Assembly (NCBI GenBank): GCA_964586285.1
Contig: CAZPHU010000005.1
Location: forward strand, 3,813 to 67,812
Direction of reading: 5' to 3'
DNA: 64,000 nt
From: an uncultured Fibrobacterota bacterium
Lineage (GTDB): Bacteria; Fibrobacterota; Chitinivibrionia; Chitinivibrionales; CAYFVL01
Shown here: one piece after another, positions 19,908 to 30,550 of the stretch
Layout of the letters: every line of letters begins with the position of its first letter
Numbering within the stretch: position 1 is the first letter of the stretch
Program-made: the position numbers and the translations under genes
The notes under the pieces: generated by a model
Database searches by the model: none
Told to the model about the DNA's origin: nothing
Seen by the model: only the letters and a program-made list of their open reading frames with translations

Positions 19908-22900
19908 TACCTGTTTGCTTTAGCATACTCCGACTTAATCAGCTCATTGTTAGGATCGAGCTTATAGGCATTCTTCAAATGCTTCATATACATGATGTCG
20001 TTCTTGCGCAGCTTGGCAATCTTTGCCAGACCAAGCTCCGCCAGAGCAAATTTAGGATCGGTTTTCAATACGCGTTCATAAAATCGCTCCGCCCAATGAA
20101 GCTCGTTTTGCATCATGTATACTTCGGCTCGTTCGTAAATAGCCGGAATATAATCCCCGTTTATGTAAATAATTTCCTTATAAGTCTCTATCGCGTCATC
20201 ATATTTCTTACGTGTCCTCTGAATCGCCGCAAGCGTCATCAATGCATCAATATTCGTCGGGTCAGTGGCACGGATATCCTCTATTGCATTATGGGCATCC
20301 TTATACTTCCCCTCCTCCATAAGCAGCTGAGCATAGAGAAGAAGAGTTTCGTTATCCCTCTTCAGGTCGATAAGTTGCTTTATTTCGGCAACGGCTTTCT
20401 TCTTATCGCCTGTCTTCATGTAAGTCTTGTACAGCTGACGACGAATACCTGGATCATCGGGTTTAAGCTCTTTGGCCTTGTTAAGAAGGCCTATCGCCTC
20501 CTGAGTGCGATTGGTTTTGACATACCCGAATGCCAGCGGCTCAATAACCTTGATATTGTTAGTAGACAGGGTGTTGGCAGTCTCCAGATAGATCATCGCA
20601 TCGGTGTACTTTTCCTCTTTCATCAGAATCGTTCCTACGCGAATATTCGCATCCAGATTCTGAGGATCCTTTTCAAGGTATTTCATGTAGGCATTCAACT
20701 CTTCTTTTTCATTGCCAAGCTTGCCGTAAACCTGTGCAATATCCTGCCATACCGATGGAAGAGAGTCTGCAAGAGCAGCCGCTTTCTTAAGCATGGGACC
20801 AGCCTTCTCGAGCGTGGCCTTTTTCTCGGCATACAGAAGCCCCAGACGCAGAAAGTTGCGATAATCTTTTTCGTACTTTTTGACATTTTCCTCGTAAATG
20901 CCTATAGCTGCACCCTTATTGGTTTTCTCCTGCAGAAAAGCCGCCTTGTAGGCCGCTTCCGGATCATCCACTCCGGGCAAGGCAATGTAGGTTTTATAGG
21001 TCTGCACAGCCTTCGCCGAGTTATCCGTCTTTTCGTAGGCTTCCGCCAGCATTGCCACGATCACACGTCTAGTCGCAATCTTTGGATTACGGGTCAAAAG
21101 ACCTTCGAAAATTTGGATCGACTTTTTGTACTTCTCCGACTTATGCATCGATTCACCGTACATAAGAAGCGTACCAAAATCGCCGGCGGCCTCGCCCCTG
21201 ATCATACCGAAATATTTGGCAGCGGCCACATAGTCTTTCTTGTTATAGTTGTATGTGGCAACTTTTAGAGCGACATCACTGTCGGGAGATGATGTCTTGT
21301 CCAAATATTTTTTGTATGCATTCATCGCCTGTGACGAATTTTTCTGCTTAACATACAAATCACCGAGACGCTTGTATTCCTCAGACGCATCGGGATTCAT
21401 CATAACGGCCTGTTCATAGGTGATAACAGCGGCACTTAAATCACCGCCCGCCGCCTGAGCATCACCTAAAGAGATAAGAGCCTCGGTATTTTGAGGATCA
21501 AGCTGCAACGCCTTCTGATACATCTCTATTGCCTTATCATGTTGCCCTTTTTTGAAATACATCATCCCCAGGGTCGAGTATGTGCTGAAATCGGCCTCAC
21601 CGGAGCGTATCACTCCACTCAAAGCTTTTATCACCTCCTCCTGCTGCCCCTTTGCTATGACTATCTCGGCATATCTCTTGTAAAAGCCCTTGATTGTCGG
21701 GTCGAGTTTGATTGCCTGACGATAAGCGGCCAGAGCACCGTCGAATTCCTTACGCTCATAGAGTAGATCACCTAAATCTCTTTGAGCCTCGGCATCGTTG
21801 GGATTGAGTTTAAGGTAGGAACGAAGGTAGCTGACAGCAGAAGGTGTTTCCTTCTTTGTTTTGGCCAGTTCGTATAATTTTTTAAACACCTCAGGATTTT
21901 TGGAATCCAGAGTAGAAAGTTCCTTGTACAAATCATACGCCTTGTCCGTACCGCCCTTTGACAGGGTGTACTTAGCCAGGCGATGACGTGATTCTACGCT
22001 GTTGCGATCGAGCTGGTTGATTTTTTCATCCGTTTTAGCCAGTTTCTCGACCTCGTTTGTCTTATCATAAGCGGTGGCAAGATCCTTCCAATACTCCACA
22101 TTTCTCGGATCTTTTGTTACCAGAACCTCCAGGTGTTTCTTGACTTCCGTATAGTTCTTGTCACGCATGAACACCTTGTAGAGGATTATGCGAGACTCCT
22201 TAAGATTAGAATCCATATTAACCGCAGATTCAGCAGCATCACGAGCCTTGTCCCACTGACCAAGCTCCGAGGCACAAATCGCGATTCCCTCCAGTGTAAT
22301 CGGATTCTTCTCCAGTGTATTGCTCTTAACAAACAGGTCCAACGCTTCCGAATACTTCTTGGCTTCCAGATTGTACTGCCCAAGGATCAGGTAGACCTTG
22401 GGATCGTTGGGCGACAGCGACATCATCTTTTCATAAGTCTGCTTGGCCTTACTTTCCATGTTGTTCTTTTCGTACAAATCGGCAAGTCTTGCATAAGCCT
22501 CGATGTTCTTGTTGTCCAACTCGATGGCCTTTTCGAGACTGCTGATAGCTTTTTGGGAATTATCGGCCCTCTGATAAGCATCGGCCATTAAAAAGTAAAT
22601 CTCTTTTACCCTTGCCGCTTTTGGATCGGCTTTGGCAATGAATTCGAAGTGAATCAGTGCGGCGTTATAATTCTTATGGGCCATCATATCCTTACCGACC
22701 TTAAGACGGGCCCTTATAGCTTCGTCGCTTGTTTGTGAGCCAAATGCGCTCACGGCCTGTTTGTAAGCATCAACTGCCTTGTCGCTTTTCTTGGATTCAT
22801 CGAAGGCGACAGCCTGGTTGTAGTAATCCCTCGCCTCGAAGCTTACCTTTCCGTTCACACGATCGTACTCTCCGGCGGCGGCCAAATACTTGCCCATTCC

Positions 22901-23596
22901 AAAATAGGCGCGCGCAAGATCAAGTCCTGCGTCATACATGGTCGGTTTCTGTTCGGTGGCTTTTTTAAGATACCCTACCGCATTGTCTACGTTATTAGTC
23001 TCGAGGAAACACTTTCCGATCATGTAGGCGACTTCGGGGTCTTCCTTTGATTCCATCGATTTCTGAAGCAAAGGCAGAGCTTTGCCGTACTCTTTATCCT
23101 TGTAGTAGATCAATCCCAGCTCACGATTAGCGACAACATTAGCTGAATCGGTCTCTATAACCTTCTCAAGAGCTTTTTTGGCTTCCTCGGGACGTTCCAA
23201 TTCGATGGCCGCACGAGCGAATTCCCAGCTGGCTTCTCCCGTGAAATTCTGATCCAGGGCTTTCTTGGCCATGTTCATGGCATTTTCTGCCTGACCAAGC
23301 TTGTTGTAAATACGCGCGGCGCCTAGAAGCGATGCGTAATCCTTGGGATTGAGCCGCCATGATACCATATAACAGGCCAGGGCCTTTTCGGTCAGTCCCA
23401 ACTTCTCGTTTGCACCCGCAAGCTTAACCCACAATGCAGCATCCCGCTTGCCCGCGGGAATCTTTTCATCCGCATAATCGATAGCTTCACGGTATTTACC
23501 CGCGTCAATCAGATTATTAAATGTCTCATCCGCACCGGCTAAACCTACCAGCAGGCATACCAACAGACTAATCAGAGCGAGATGCTGTCTGCCCAT
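19907..23596 (-). CDS. Very large secreted TPR-repeat protein
   Basis: About 1229 aa counted from ATG 23596, which has an AGGAG SD 8 nt upstream. Signal peptide 'MGRQHLALISLLVCLLVGLAGA' followed by dozens of 34-aa TPR-like repeats ('A...Y..A..L.P.'). Confidence 0.9.
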   Translation of the reverse strand: MGRQHLALISLLVCLLVGLAGADETFNNLIDAGKYREAIDYADEKIPAGKRDAALWVKLAGANEKLGLTEKALACYMVSWRLNPKDYASLLGAARIYNKLGQAENAMNMAKKALDQNFTGEASWEFARAAIELERPEEAKKALEKVIETDSANVVANRELGLIYYKDKEYGKALPLLQKSMESKEDPEVAYMIGKCFLETNNVDNAVGYLKKATEQKPTMYDAGLDLARAYFGMGKYLAAAGEYDRVNGKVSFEARDYYNQAVAFDESKKSDKAVDAYKQAVSAFGSQTSDEAIRARLKVGKDMMAHKNYNAALIHFEFIAKADPKAARVKEIYFLMADAYQRADNSQKAISSLEKAIELDNKNIEAYARLADLYEKNNMESKAKQTYEKMMSLSPNDPKVYLILGQYNLEAKKYSEALDLFVKSNTLEKNPITLEGIAICASELGQWDKARDAAESAVNMDSNLKESRIILYKVFMRDKNYTEVKKHLEVLVTKDPRNVEYWKDLATAYDKTNEVEKLAKTDEKINQLDRNSVESRHRLAKYTLSKGGTDKAYDLYKELSTLDSKNPEVFKKLYELAKTKKETPSAVSYLRSYLKLNPNDAEAQRDLGDLLYERKEFDGALAAYRQAIKLDPTIKGFYKRYAEIVIAKGQQEEVIKALSGVIRSGEADFSTYSTLGMMYFKKGQHDKAIEMYQKALQLDPQNTEALISLGDAQAAGGDLSAAVITYEQAVMMNPDASEEYKRLGDLYVKQKNSSQAMNAYKKYLDKTSSPDSDVALKVATYNYNKKDYVAAAKYFGMIRGEAAGDFGTLLMYGESMHKSEKYKKSIQIFEGLLTRNPKIATRRVIVAMLAEAYEKTDNSAKAVQTYKTYIALPGVDDPEAAYKAAFLQEKTNKGAAIGIYEENVKKYEKDYRNFLRLGLLYAEKKATLEKAGPMLKKAAALADSLPSVWQDIAQVYGKLGNEKEELNAYMKYLEKDPQNLDANIRVGTILMKEEKYTDAMIYLETANTLSTNNIKVIEPLAFGYVKTNRTQEAIGLLNKAKELKPDDPGIRRQLYKTYMKTGDKKKAVAEIKQLIDLKRDNETLLLYAQLLMEEGKYKDAHNAIEDIRATDPTNIDALMTLAAIQRTRKKYDDAIETYKEIIYINGDYIPAIYERAEVYMMQNELHWAERFYERVLKTDPKFALAELGLAKIAKLRKNDIMYMKHLKNAYKLDPNNELIKSEYAKANR

Positions 23597-23705
23597 AACG
23601 AAAGCTCCTTTCGTGATTTCCACCGAAATCTAAATTTTTCTCTGCAAGTGTTTTCGAAGATATTGAAAAACGGTGTTTTCCACCATCATTAAAATACAAT
23701 ATAAA

Positions 23706-23720
23706 GTAACATTTGTGCCA
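23706..23720 (-). promoter_or_regulatory. Weak sigma54 (-24/-12) promoter candidate upstream of the TPR gene
   Basis: The minus strand reads TGGCAC-AAATG-TTAC against consensus TGGCAC-N5-TTGC. The -24 element is perfect and the -12 GC is degraded to AC. Confidence 0.2.
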
Positions 23721-23937
23721 CGCGACCGGGGTTAATTTATTTTTTCGCGCTGTTTTAGTTATTCAACTGAGGACATAATCGGTGATCTTAAGCGCGCTGC
23801 AATATCCATAAACCAGATATCTTGCCATCCGTCCGGAAACACAACCGTGATGAAAGCACACTATAATAACGCATCTTTTCCCGCTAAATTGCAACCGCTA
23901 CATCAATTTTATTTAGAAAAAAACGGTTTTTGCGTCA

Positions 23938-24525
23938 TTAACCCATGCGCTCGCGCTCAAACCTCTCCCAATCAAACAGCGGGCCGGGATCGGTTTTGGC
24001 GACGGCTCTAAGCCCCAACAAAACCGCCGCCTCCCCGGCCACATCCTCATGCCCCACATATTTCATGGGGCCCCGACGCGATTCGATATCCTTGCACAAA
24101 GCTACCAAACTATCATACTGGGCATCGGTATACCCCGACTGCTCAGTGCCCATGAGTTCGATTCCAATAGAAAAGTCGTTTACTCCCCGGCGAGAATCGG
24201 GAGGAGGCATTATACTGGGGCCACAGTGCCAGGCTTTTAATTGCTCCGGAACCAATATACAGATATCTCCCCGCCGGTCTATCAAATAATGACTACTGAC
24301 ACCATAGGTACAAAAAAGCTGCATAATATGTGCCGAGTTGTAGAGATCGTCAGGAAAATCTACCACGGCGCTGATATGGTGAATAACGACTGTATCTATC
24401 ACGGATGAAGTTCGTTCTTCCCATAAATGCATCTTTCCCTGTTTGCGAATCAGCTCGGCCACAGTCAGCTCGCCAATCGGCATGGAATTATTCACATCCA
24501 GGTAACAGGAATTTGGATTCATCAT
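23938..24525 (-). CDS. N-acetylmuramoyl-L-alanine amidase (Amidase_2, AmpD-like)
   Basis: 195 aa. 'IDTVVIHHISA', 'KAWHCG', 'NDFSIGIELMG', 'YVGHEDV'. Confidence 0.8.
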   Translation of the reverse strand: MMNPNSCYLDVNNSMPIGELTVAELIRKQGKMHLWEERTSSVIDTVVIHHISAVVDFPDDLYNSAHIMQLFCTYGVSSHYLIDRRGDICILVPEQLKAWHCGPSIMPPPDSRRGVNDFSIGIELMGTEQSGYTDAQYDSLVALCKDIESRRGPMKYVGHEDVAGEAAVLLGLRAVAKTDPGPLFDWERFERERMG

Positions 24526-24570
24526 AAGATACTCTTTCTTTTATACACAGAGGAAACTAATTTATTACCT

Positions 24571-25281
24571 ATGAGAAAAAAGAAGGCAGTTATTATCACC
24601 GGCGCTACAAAACGCCTGGGACTTCGTTTTACCCGTGAAACTCTTGAGCTTGGCTACGCGGTTGTCGCACACTACCGGGGCTCTAAGACTCCTTTGCACT
24701 CCTGGCTGCAAAAAAATCCGGAGTTCAAATCCGAGGTGCACTTTATTCAACAAGACCTCACGGATAGCCCTGAACGGCTGATCAAGCTTTCTTTCGAAAG
24801 CCCGTTTGAAATAACCGGGCTTATAAACAATGCCGCCACCTTCACCCACGGGGACCTTCTGGACAAAGACCACTTCGAAACGACTATGCGAATTAATGCC
24901 CTAATACCCCTGGACTTATCACGCCGCTTCGCCCAACAGGCAGACCGGGGATGGATTATCAACATAACCGACGCACATATTTCCTCTTACAACCAAAGAT
25001 ACCAAAACTACCGTATCGCCAAAAAGCTCCTGGTTGAGCTTACCGAACAGCTCGCGACGCTTCTAGCCCCCAGGATTCGCGTCAATGCTGTTGCCCCAGG
25101 TGCCATGCTGCCCCCCTCGGACAAAAACGGACTACCTATGAGCAGGCTCAAGAAACTCATCCCCCTCAAGAAAACGGGCGATCTGACTTCTCTTATGCAG
25201 GCATATCGCTATCTTCTTGATAACACCTACATTACCGGCCAAACTCTCTACGTAGACGGCGGCTGGCATCTGATTGGTTAA
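24571..25281 (+). CDS. SDR-family oxidoreductase (pteridine/dihydromonapterin reductase-like)
   Basis: 'AVIITGATKRLG', 'NNAA', 'YRIAKKLL' (YxxxK). ATG at 24571 chosen. The track ORF starts at 24427, inside the divergent amidase gene. Confidence 0.85.
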   Translation: MRKKKAVIITGATKRLGLRFTRETLELGYAVVAHYRGSKTPLHSWLQKNPEFKSEVHFIQQDLTDSPERLIKLSFESPFEITGLINNAATFTHGDLLDKDHFETTMRINALIPLDLSRRFAQQADRGWIINITDAHISSYNQRYQNYRIAKKLLVELTEQLATLLAPRIRVNAVAPGAMLPPSDKNGLPMSRLKKLIPLKKTGDLTSLMQAYRYLLDNTYITGQTLYVDGGWHLIG

Positions 25282-25772
25282 TCGCAATCCAGTTTCGTCT
25301 GCCTGGAATCCGAATGGAACAAAAGCTCCGGAAAAATTCGTCTTATATTCTCGTAGATGGAATCAAACGTCTTTTTGTACACCTTCACCGATCCGCCAAT
25401 CGGATCTTTTATAATACTTTTGCGCGAGGGCTTCTGGGGCCAGGCGCCGAGAAGAAAAACTTTTTGCCGCAGGGATGGAAAAAACATTTGTATGAATTCC
25501 TGCTGCACGAAATCCATGGTAAACACCAGATCCGCCTCGTTTAACTCATCAAACACCAGCGGCCGGGAATGATGAGATGAGATATCGATACCGTTTTCGG
25601 CACAGATATCTTTGGCAAGGGATGAAGCCGGTTGTTGGTCCAGGCCGTGGATTCCCATCGAAGAGACAAAAAGATCTTCACGATTTTCCCTCATCCACAT
25701 GTGTCTGAGTATTCCCTCTGCCATGGGACTTCGACATATGTTTCCGGTACAGACAAATACGATTCGAAGCAT
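25278..25772 (-). CDS. Low-molecular-weight protein tyrosine phosphatase
   Basis: 164 aa. P-loop 'VCTGNICRSPMAEG' (CX5R). Confidence 0.9.
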   Translation of the reverse strand: MLRIVFVCTGNICRSPMAEGILRHMWMRENREDLFVSSMGIHGLDQQPASSLAKDICAENGIDISSHHSRPLVFDELNEADLVFTMDFVQQEFIQMFFPSLRQKVFLLGAWPQKPSRKSIIKDPIGGSVKVYKKTFDSIYENIRRIFPELLFHSDSRQTKLDCD

Positions 25773-25909
25773 ATATACAAATATCCAAATTAATTATTCG
25801 AAATTCTGAGTGATCCTATAGAAAATATTATTTTTACTGTTTCAATCAAGTGAGTTTGGGCCTGAAAGTGTTCCCGCTCACCTTTTTTACGCTTGCACAG
25901 GAGAGATTT

Positions 25910-26230
25910 ATGGCACTGAGCAATGAAGAAAAGATGTTTGTCAACGAAGCGATACAAGTCTACATTCAGATTGCCGCCCGACAAATGCCCCCGCAGCATG
26001 TTCAACAACTTGTACAGATGGGCGAAGAGATCGTTAAGAAACTCGATCAGGTAGGGGCGGGCAAAGGCAAGAACAACAAACCGGCGGGTATTACGGATGA
26101 ATGGTTCAAGAAAGTTTGCTCCAACTGCGATAAACTCGCCCCCTCCGGGTGCACCGATAAGGTAACCGAAAAGTTTCCGGGAAAATGCGACCCTATTCTC
26201 CACTATGAAAACAGCAAAGCAAGAAAGTAA
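25910..26230 (+). CDS. Small Cys-containing hypothetical protein
   Basis: 106 aa counted from ATG 25910 (SD CAGGAGAG). 'CSNCDKLAPSGCTDKVTEKFPGKC'. A similarly long antisense ORF exists here; see the rejected list. Confidence 0.45.
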   Translation: MALSNEEKMFVNEAIQVYIQIAARQMPPQHVQQLVQMGEEIVKKLDQVGAGKGKNNKPAGITDEWFKKVCSNCDKLAPSGCTDKVTEKFPGKCDPILHYENSKARK

Positions 26231-26355
26231 TCACCGGTTACCAAATAAAGTGCGGCTAAGCCGGAGAAACAAGGATTAAAGAAATTAAAAACAAAACACA
26301 TAGATAGCTAATACGACAAAAAGTATGCTTTGTCGAACATGGAATCTAAATATTG

Positions 26356-26388
26356 GAGGGCGAACTCGTGTTCGCCCTCTTTGCGTTT
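26356..26388. terminator. Bidirectional rho-independent terminator between convergent genes
   Basis: GAGGGCGAAC (26356-26365), loop tcgt, GTTCGCCCTC (26370-26379), then TTTGCGTTT. Confidence 0.8.
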
Positions 26389-26391
26389 CCG

Positions 26392-27690
26392 TTACGCCTG
26401 TTGCACCTCTACCAGATAGTAGTTTTTCTTTCCCTTCTGAACCAGAAGATACTTGCCTTTTAGCAGCATGTCCGAATTCACTACCGCCTGCTCATCCGCC
26501 GGGCCGGTTTTGTTTATACTCACCCCTTTTGCCTTCAACAACCTGCGCACCTCACCCTTTGATGCAAACCATCCGCTCTTCTCGGTCAACAGATCAACCA
26601 ACGGCAACCCGTTTTCTATCTCCGATCTGCTCACCGTCGCGCGCGGCACCCCTTCGAATATGTCCAGGAAACTACGCTCATCCAGCTTCCTGAGCGTTTC
26701 GGTGGTCGCCTTTCCGAAAAGAATCTGCGACGCCTCCAAAGCCATGTTGTAATCCGATTCCGAATGAACCCGTATGGTAATGTCCTTTGCTGTGGCCTTT
26801 TGCATCGGACGCTCATGAGGGTTTTGTTTCTGTTGTTCCCAAAGCTCGGCAATTTCTTCTCTGGAAAGAAGCGAAAAGATTTTTGCATACTTTACCGCGT
26901 CCTCATCGGATGCATTCAACCAGTACTGGTAGAATTTATACGGCGAAGTCATGCCGGGGTCGAGCCATACACTCTCCCCTCCCTCCGATTTACCAAACTT
27001 CTTGCCGTCGGCACGAGTCAGAAGCGGACAAGTCAATGCATAGCAGTCACCGTTTATCTTGCGTCGAACAAGTTCCGTTCCGGATGTTATATTACCCCAC
27101 TGATCGGATCCGCCCATCTGAAGAACACAGCTTTTGTTTTGATACAACCACAAAAAATCGTAGCCCTGAAGCAGCTGGTAGCTGAATTCTGTGAAGGAAA
27201 TCCCCGACTCCAAGCGATTCTGAACCGAATCCTTGGACATCATGTAGCTTATAGTCAGATGTTTTCCGATTTCGCGAAGGAAATCCAAAAACTTCATCTC
27301 ACCAAACCAGTCGAAGTTGTTAACCAGCTCGGCCGCATTGTGCTTGTTTTCGAAATCAAGAAACTTGGAAAGCTGATTCTTTATACACTCCTGATTGTAG
27401 CGAAGCTCCTCCTGGGAAAGGAGATTTCTCTCCGCACTCTTGCCCGAAGGATCACCAATCATTCCCGTCGCACCGCCAACCAGTGCGATAGGCTTGTTTC
27501 CAGTTCTCTGGAGGTGAACCAACAGCATGATTGGAATTAAATGACCGATATGCAGGGAAGAGGCGGTCGGGTCAAAACCGGCATACCCGGCCACAGGCCC
27601 CTGATTGAGCTTCTCCTCTATACCGGGAGTCTTATCGTGCAGCATTCCGCGCCATTGTAATTCCTCAAGAAAATCGATACTCAAAGTCAA
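26392..27690 (-). CDS. tyrS: Tyrosyl-tRNA synthetase
   Basis: 432 aa. '[10 protein letters not shown]' (HIGH), 'KFGKSEG' (KMSKS) and a C-terminal S4-like domain. TTG start after AGGAGAAAGGA. Confidence 0.95.
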   Translation of the reverse strand: MTLSIDFLEELQWRGMLHDKTPGIEEKLNQGPVAGYAGFDPTASSLHIGHLIPIMLLVHLQRTGNKPIALVGGATGMIGDPSGKSAERNLLSQEELRYNQECIKNQLSKFLDFENKHNAAELVNNFDWFGEMKFLDFLREIGKHLTISYMMSKDSVQNRLESGISFTEFSYQLLQGYDFLWLYQNKSCVLQMGGSDQWGNITSGTELVRRKINGDCYALTCPLLTRADGKKFGKSEGGESVWLDPGMTSPYKFYQYWLNASDEDAVKYAKIFSLLSREEIAELWEQQKQNPHERPMQKATAKDITIRVHSESDYNMALEASQILFGKATTETLRKLDERSFLDIFEGVPRATVSRSEIENGLPLVDLLTEKSGWFASKGEVRRLLKAKGVSINKTGPADEQAVVNSDMLLKGKYLLVQKGKKNYYLVEVQQA

Positions 27691-27763
27691 TCCTTTCTCC
27701 TATATAGTCACATATTTCATCTTCGGTACTCACTGCCAACGGGAGGCATTCGCTTAAAGAGGA

Positions 27764-30535
27764 TCAAAACAGCTTTTTGAGCGCATCCTTTGCCTTCTTT
27801 TCGATGTCCTGCTGAACTTCCTTTTGTTTCTCCTGGACTTGCCGTTTCTCTTTTTCCATCTTCTTGCGCGCTTCCTCCTCCAGACGTTTTTTTTGCGCCT
27901 CCAGCTCTTTTTGGGCCTCCTGCTTTTTCTCCTCTATCTTTTTTTCCACTTTTTGGCGTGCAGAGGGCTTTGGAGCCGGTTGAGATTCAGCCGCACCGTT
28001 GCCGCTTCCGAATCCGCGAAACCCCACACGTGGGGACGTTACCGTACCGCCCATGTGCAAAAGAACAGTCACCCGCCCATCCCTATCTGTAGGAACGGCA
28101 AACGACTGAGCCAACTGGCCGACCGCCGCGGCGGCGTCGTCTCCCAGAAAATTCTTGAGCAAACCTGCCCCACTCTTTTTTATCGACTGCTCTGCGGCCG
28201 TCACCTTTTTGGAAGCCGCCACAGGCAACCGGTTTGATATGTCCAGGTCGGCACGGGTATCAAAACCCACCGAACCGTCCGCCTCCCAGTCTCCCGTCGG
28301 CGACTCTATTCGAACCGAATCAAGATACACGTTCTGCTGAGCCACCCGCGCCCGGATGCGCATGTCCCTGAAACTTATTTCGTCAATTTCGTAAAACCTG
28401 TTTAGTGTCTTTGAGACCTCCTCCAAAAGCGCCCCGCCCGCTATACGTCCGTCGCTGAGCTTGGTGTAGATTTTTCCGGTCAGATTTGCAGTAAGCTGTT
28501 CGACAGTTGCTCCGTTTGTACTAAAATCCATGTCGGACTGAGCCTTCCCATACATGACGTCATCCATGTCTTTTAGAATAGTAAACAATTGCTGATCGTC
28601 GGGAAGTAAATCGTTGACGTTGGATATGGTCGAATTAACATCCACGCCATTCATCTTTAAGGCGGTCCACACCTTCAAGTTCTTGTGATTGCGAATATCC
28701 ATACGTAAACTGTTGTCGATTGAGCCGCCGTACATCCCAGCACGAAACTTGGTGTTCATCACGTCGTCAACGGCATCGATATCCATGGCAATATTGGACA
28801 TCTCGATACCGCTGTAAATCAGCCGATCGGCCTTGATCTTACCGTGCATATCGATTCCGGGCAGAGGCGCGGGGATCAGAAGTGTCGGCTGCTTTGGGGC
28901 ATTATCATTGGAACCGGTGTCAGCCTGTGAACTACCCGCAGGAAGGAACTCATCAGTATTGAGGTACGATGAGTTAAGCGTAAAGCTAAGATTTGGCCTG
29001 GGCTGCTTCTTTGTGGAGTCGGTAAGAACCAAAGTGAGGTAATCTTTAAGCTCTGCACTCAGTTGCATGTCCGACTTACCTAAAGAGACAGCGAGTTTGG
29101 GAGTCAGCGTTTGTGATGTCAGTGCAAGTGTACCATTGACCGTAACCGCCTTGGCAATATCGGGTGTCTTTGCCACAACATTCTTAAACTCTACATCCCC
29201 CTCAACATTCAGACCGGCGGGATTGGCCGGATCCGCCTTACCCTTTGCCTTCACATTCGCATCGACCTGTCCCGAAGCACTCACCCCCTGGGGCAGCGTG
29301 ACCACTTTCTTAAGCATGTCAAGATCCACCCTCGCATTCACCTCGCCGTCAACAAACGGCTGCTCAAAATTGGTTACCGCCACACGCATGTCGATCGGGT
29401 TCTCGCCCGCCTTCAGTTTCAACGATTGTACATTCAGGCTTGTATCCGTAAACTGGATCGCGGCATTGATATCGGTTATTTCCTGGGGAAGATCGGTATA
29501 GGCGATTCTTCCGTCGGAAAAGGAAAGGGTACCGCTTACAGCAGGAAGACCGGAGTCGGGAAGCGCCCCTTTTACGGCCAGGTCGAAGAAAACGGTTCCC
29601 TCACCCTCGGCCCTGGCCAGATGGGGTGATATTTCGGAGGGGATCTCCTTAAGCAGATCGTCCAGCTGAATCGTGTCTGCGGTAACCCGAAGATCAAGTA
29701 CCGGGTTGGCCGAAAGAACTTTGGTCGCAGTGCCTTGAGCCTTGATTTTTATCTTCTGCAACGACAGCTCGATTCCCTTTACAGAAATTTTCTGGCCTGG
29801 TATATCCGCCTGAATATCATGATCGAATGAAAAGGTAAGATCGCTTAGTGTGTCGGTAAGAAGAGGTGAACTGAGTGCTATATCCGAAATATCAAGTCTA
29901 CCGCTGCTTCGAATGTCTTTAAGTTCCTTGTCGATCGAAAAAGATATATCCTGGCCGATCGATCCAAGGTTTACTGAATTACCCGATTTCAGATCGTGGT
30001 AAAACACAGAACCGTCCACTATACGCAACTTCTCCAGGGTAACCGGAATCGGCAGCATGGGAAGCCTTGTTTGTTTTGTCCTTTTCTCTTTCTGAAGGCT
30101 TTTTTTTTCGGATTGAGCCAGATCGTCATAATTATATGATCCCTCACTGTCGATCAAGACCCGTATGGCGGGTTTGTGTATTGCGATTTTTACAATCTTG
30201 ACCTCTTTTTGTAAAAGAGGCATCAGGGCGACGTGAACCCGAAAATCATCCATTGAAACAAAGGGGTTTTCCGAAGGAAACCCCGCTCTGTCTGTTTCGG
30301 CGATTTCTACTCCCCCCAGCCGAACGCCGATAAACGGAAAAATTGACAGCGAAGCGTCTTCTACGCCGATTTTGCGCCCCACCACCTTTTCCACCTCGGG
30401 AATAATCATCGCCTTGATCTTTTCGGGGGGATATGCATAGCGGATAACGACTGCCGCGATACCATATAAGGCGACGATCGCAATAAATACAATCAGCAAA
30501 AACTTCATTGGTTTGGAAAGACGTGCTCCTGCCAT
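27764..30535 (-). CDS. AsmA-family envelope protein with Lys/Glu-rich C-terminal tail
   Basis: About 923 aa. An N-terminal TM 'FLLIVFIAIVALYGIAAVVI', then long beta-rich repeats, and the last ~90 aa are a KE-rich coiled segment. ATG 30535 preferred (AAGGAG SD). Confidence 0.7.
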   Translation of the reverse strand: MAGARLSKPMKFLLIVFIAIVALYGIAAVVIRYAYPPEKIKAMIIPEVEKVVGRKIGVEDASLSIFPFIGVRLGGVEIAETDRAGFPSENPFVSMDDFRVHVALMPLLQKEVKIVKIAIHKPAIRVLIDSEGSYNYDDLAQSEKKSLQKEKRTKQTRLPMLPIPVTLEKLRIVDGSVFYHDLKSGNSVNLGSIGQDISFSIDKELKDIRSSGRLDISDIALSSPLLTDTLSDLTFSFDHDIQADIPGQKISVKGIELSLQKIKIKAQGTATKVLSANPVLDLRVTADTIQLDDLLKEIPSEISPHLARAEGEGTVFFDLAVKGALPDSGLPAVSGTLSFSDGRIAYTDLPQEITDINAAIQFTDTSLNVQSLKLKAGENPIDMRVAVTNFEQPFVDGEVNARVDLDMLKKVVTLPQGVSASGQVDANVKAKGKADPANPAGLNVEGDVEFKNVVAKTPDIAKAVTVNGTLALTSQTLTPKLAVSLGKSDMQLSAELKDYLTLVLTDSTKKQPRPNLSFTLNSSYLNTDEFLPAGSSQADTGSNDNAPKQPTLLIPAPLPGIDMHGKIKADRLIYSGIEMSNIAMDIDAVDDVMNTKFRAGMYGGSIDNSLRMDIRNHKNLKVWTALKMNGVDVNSTISNVNDLLPDDQQLFTILKDMDDVMYGKAQSDMDFSTNGATVEQLTANLTGKIYTKLSDGRIAGGALLEEVSKTLNRFYEIDEISFRDMRIRARVAQQNVYLDSVRIESPTGDWEADGSVGFDTRADLDISNRLPVAASKKVTAAEQSIKKSGAGLLKNFLGDDAAAAVGQLAQSFAVPTDRDGRVTVLLHMGGTVTSPRVGFRGFGSGNGAAESQPAPKPSARQKVEKKIEEKKQEAQKELEAQKKRLEEEARKKMEKEKRQVQEKQKEVQQDIEKKAKDALKKLF

Positions 30536-30550
30536 CAATTTATCTCCTTA

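Noticed and set aside
19979-21268. 429-aa plus-strand ORF, plus other long plus-strand ORFs at 21491-22968.
   Set aside because: It lies entirely antisense to the TPR gene. Its sequence is low-complexity, rich in Leu, Phe and Ile, with no motifs. The minus-strand frame shows regular 34-aa TPR periodicity and a signal peptide, so this is a shadow ORF.
25790-26203. 137-aa minus-strand ORF that almost exactly mirrors the 25910-26230 plus-strand ORF.
   Set aside because: Only one of the two is likely real. The plus-strand frame has an ATG with a CAGGAGAG SD, a hydrophilic Lys/Glu composition and a 4-Cys motif, and it ends at a strong terminator. The minus frame lacks all of these. The call is still uncertain, which is why the feature has low confidence.
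26764-27540. 258-aa plus-strand ORF, with neighbours at 26325-27185.
   Set aside because: It is antisense to tyrS, whose HIGH and KMSKS motifs make the minus-strand frame unambiguous.
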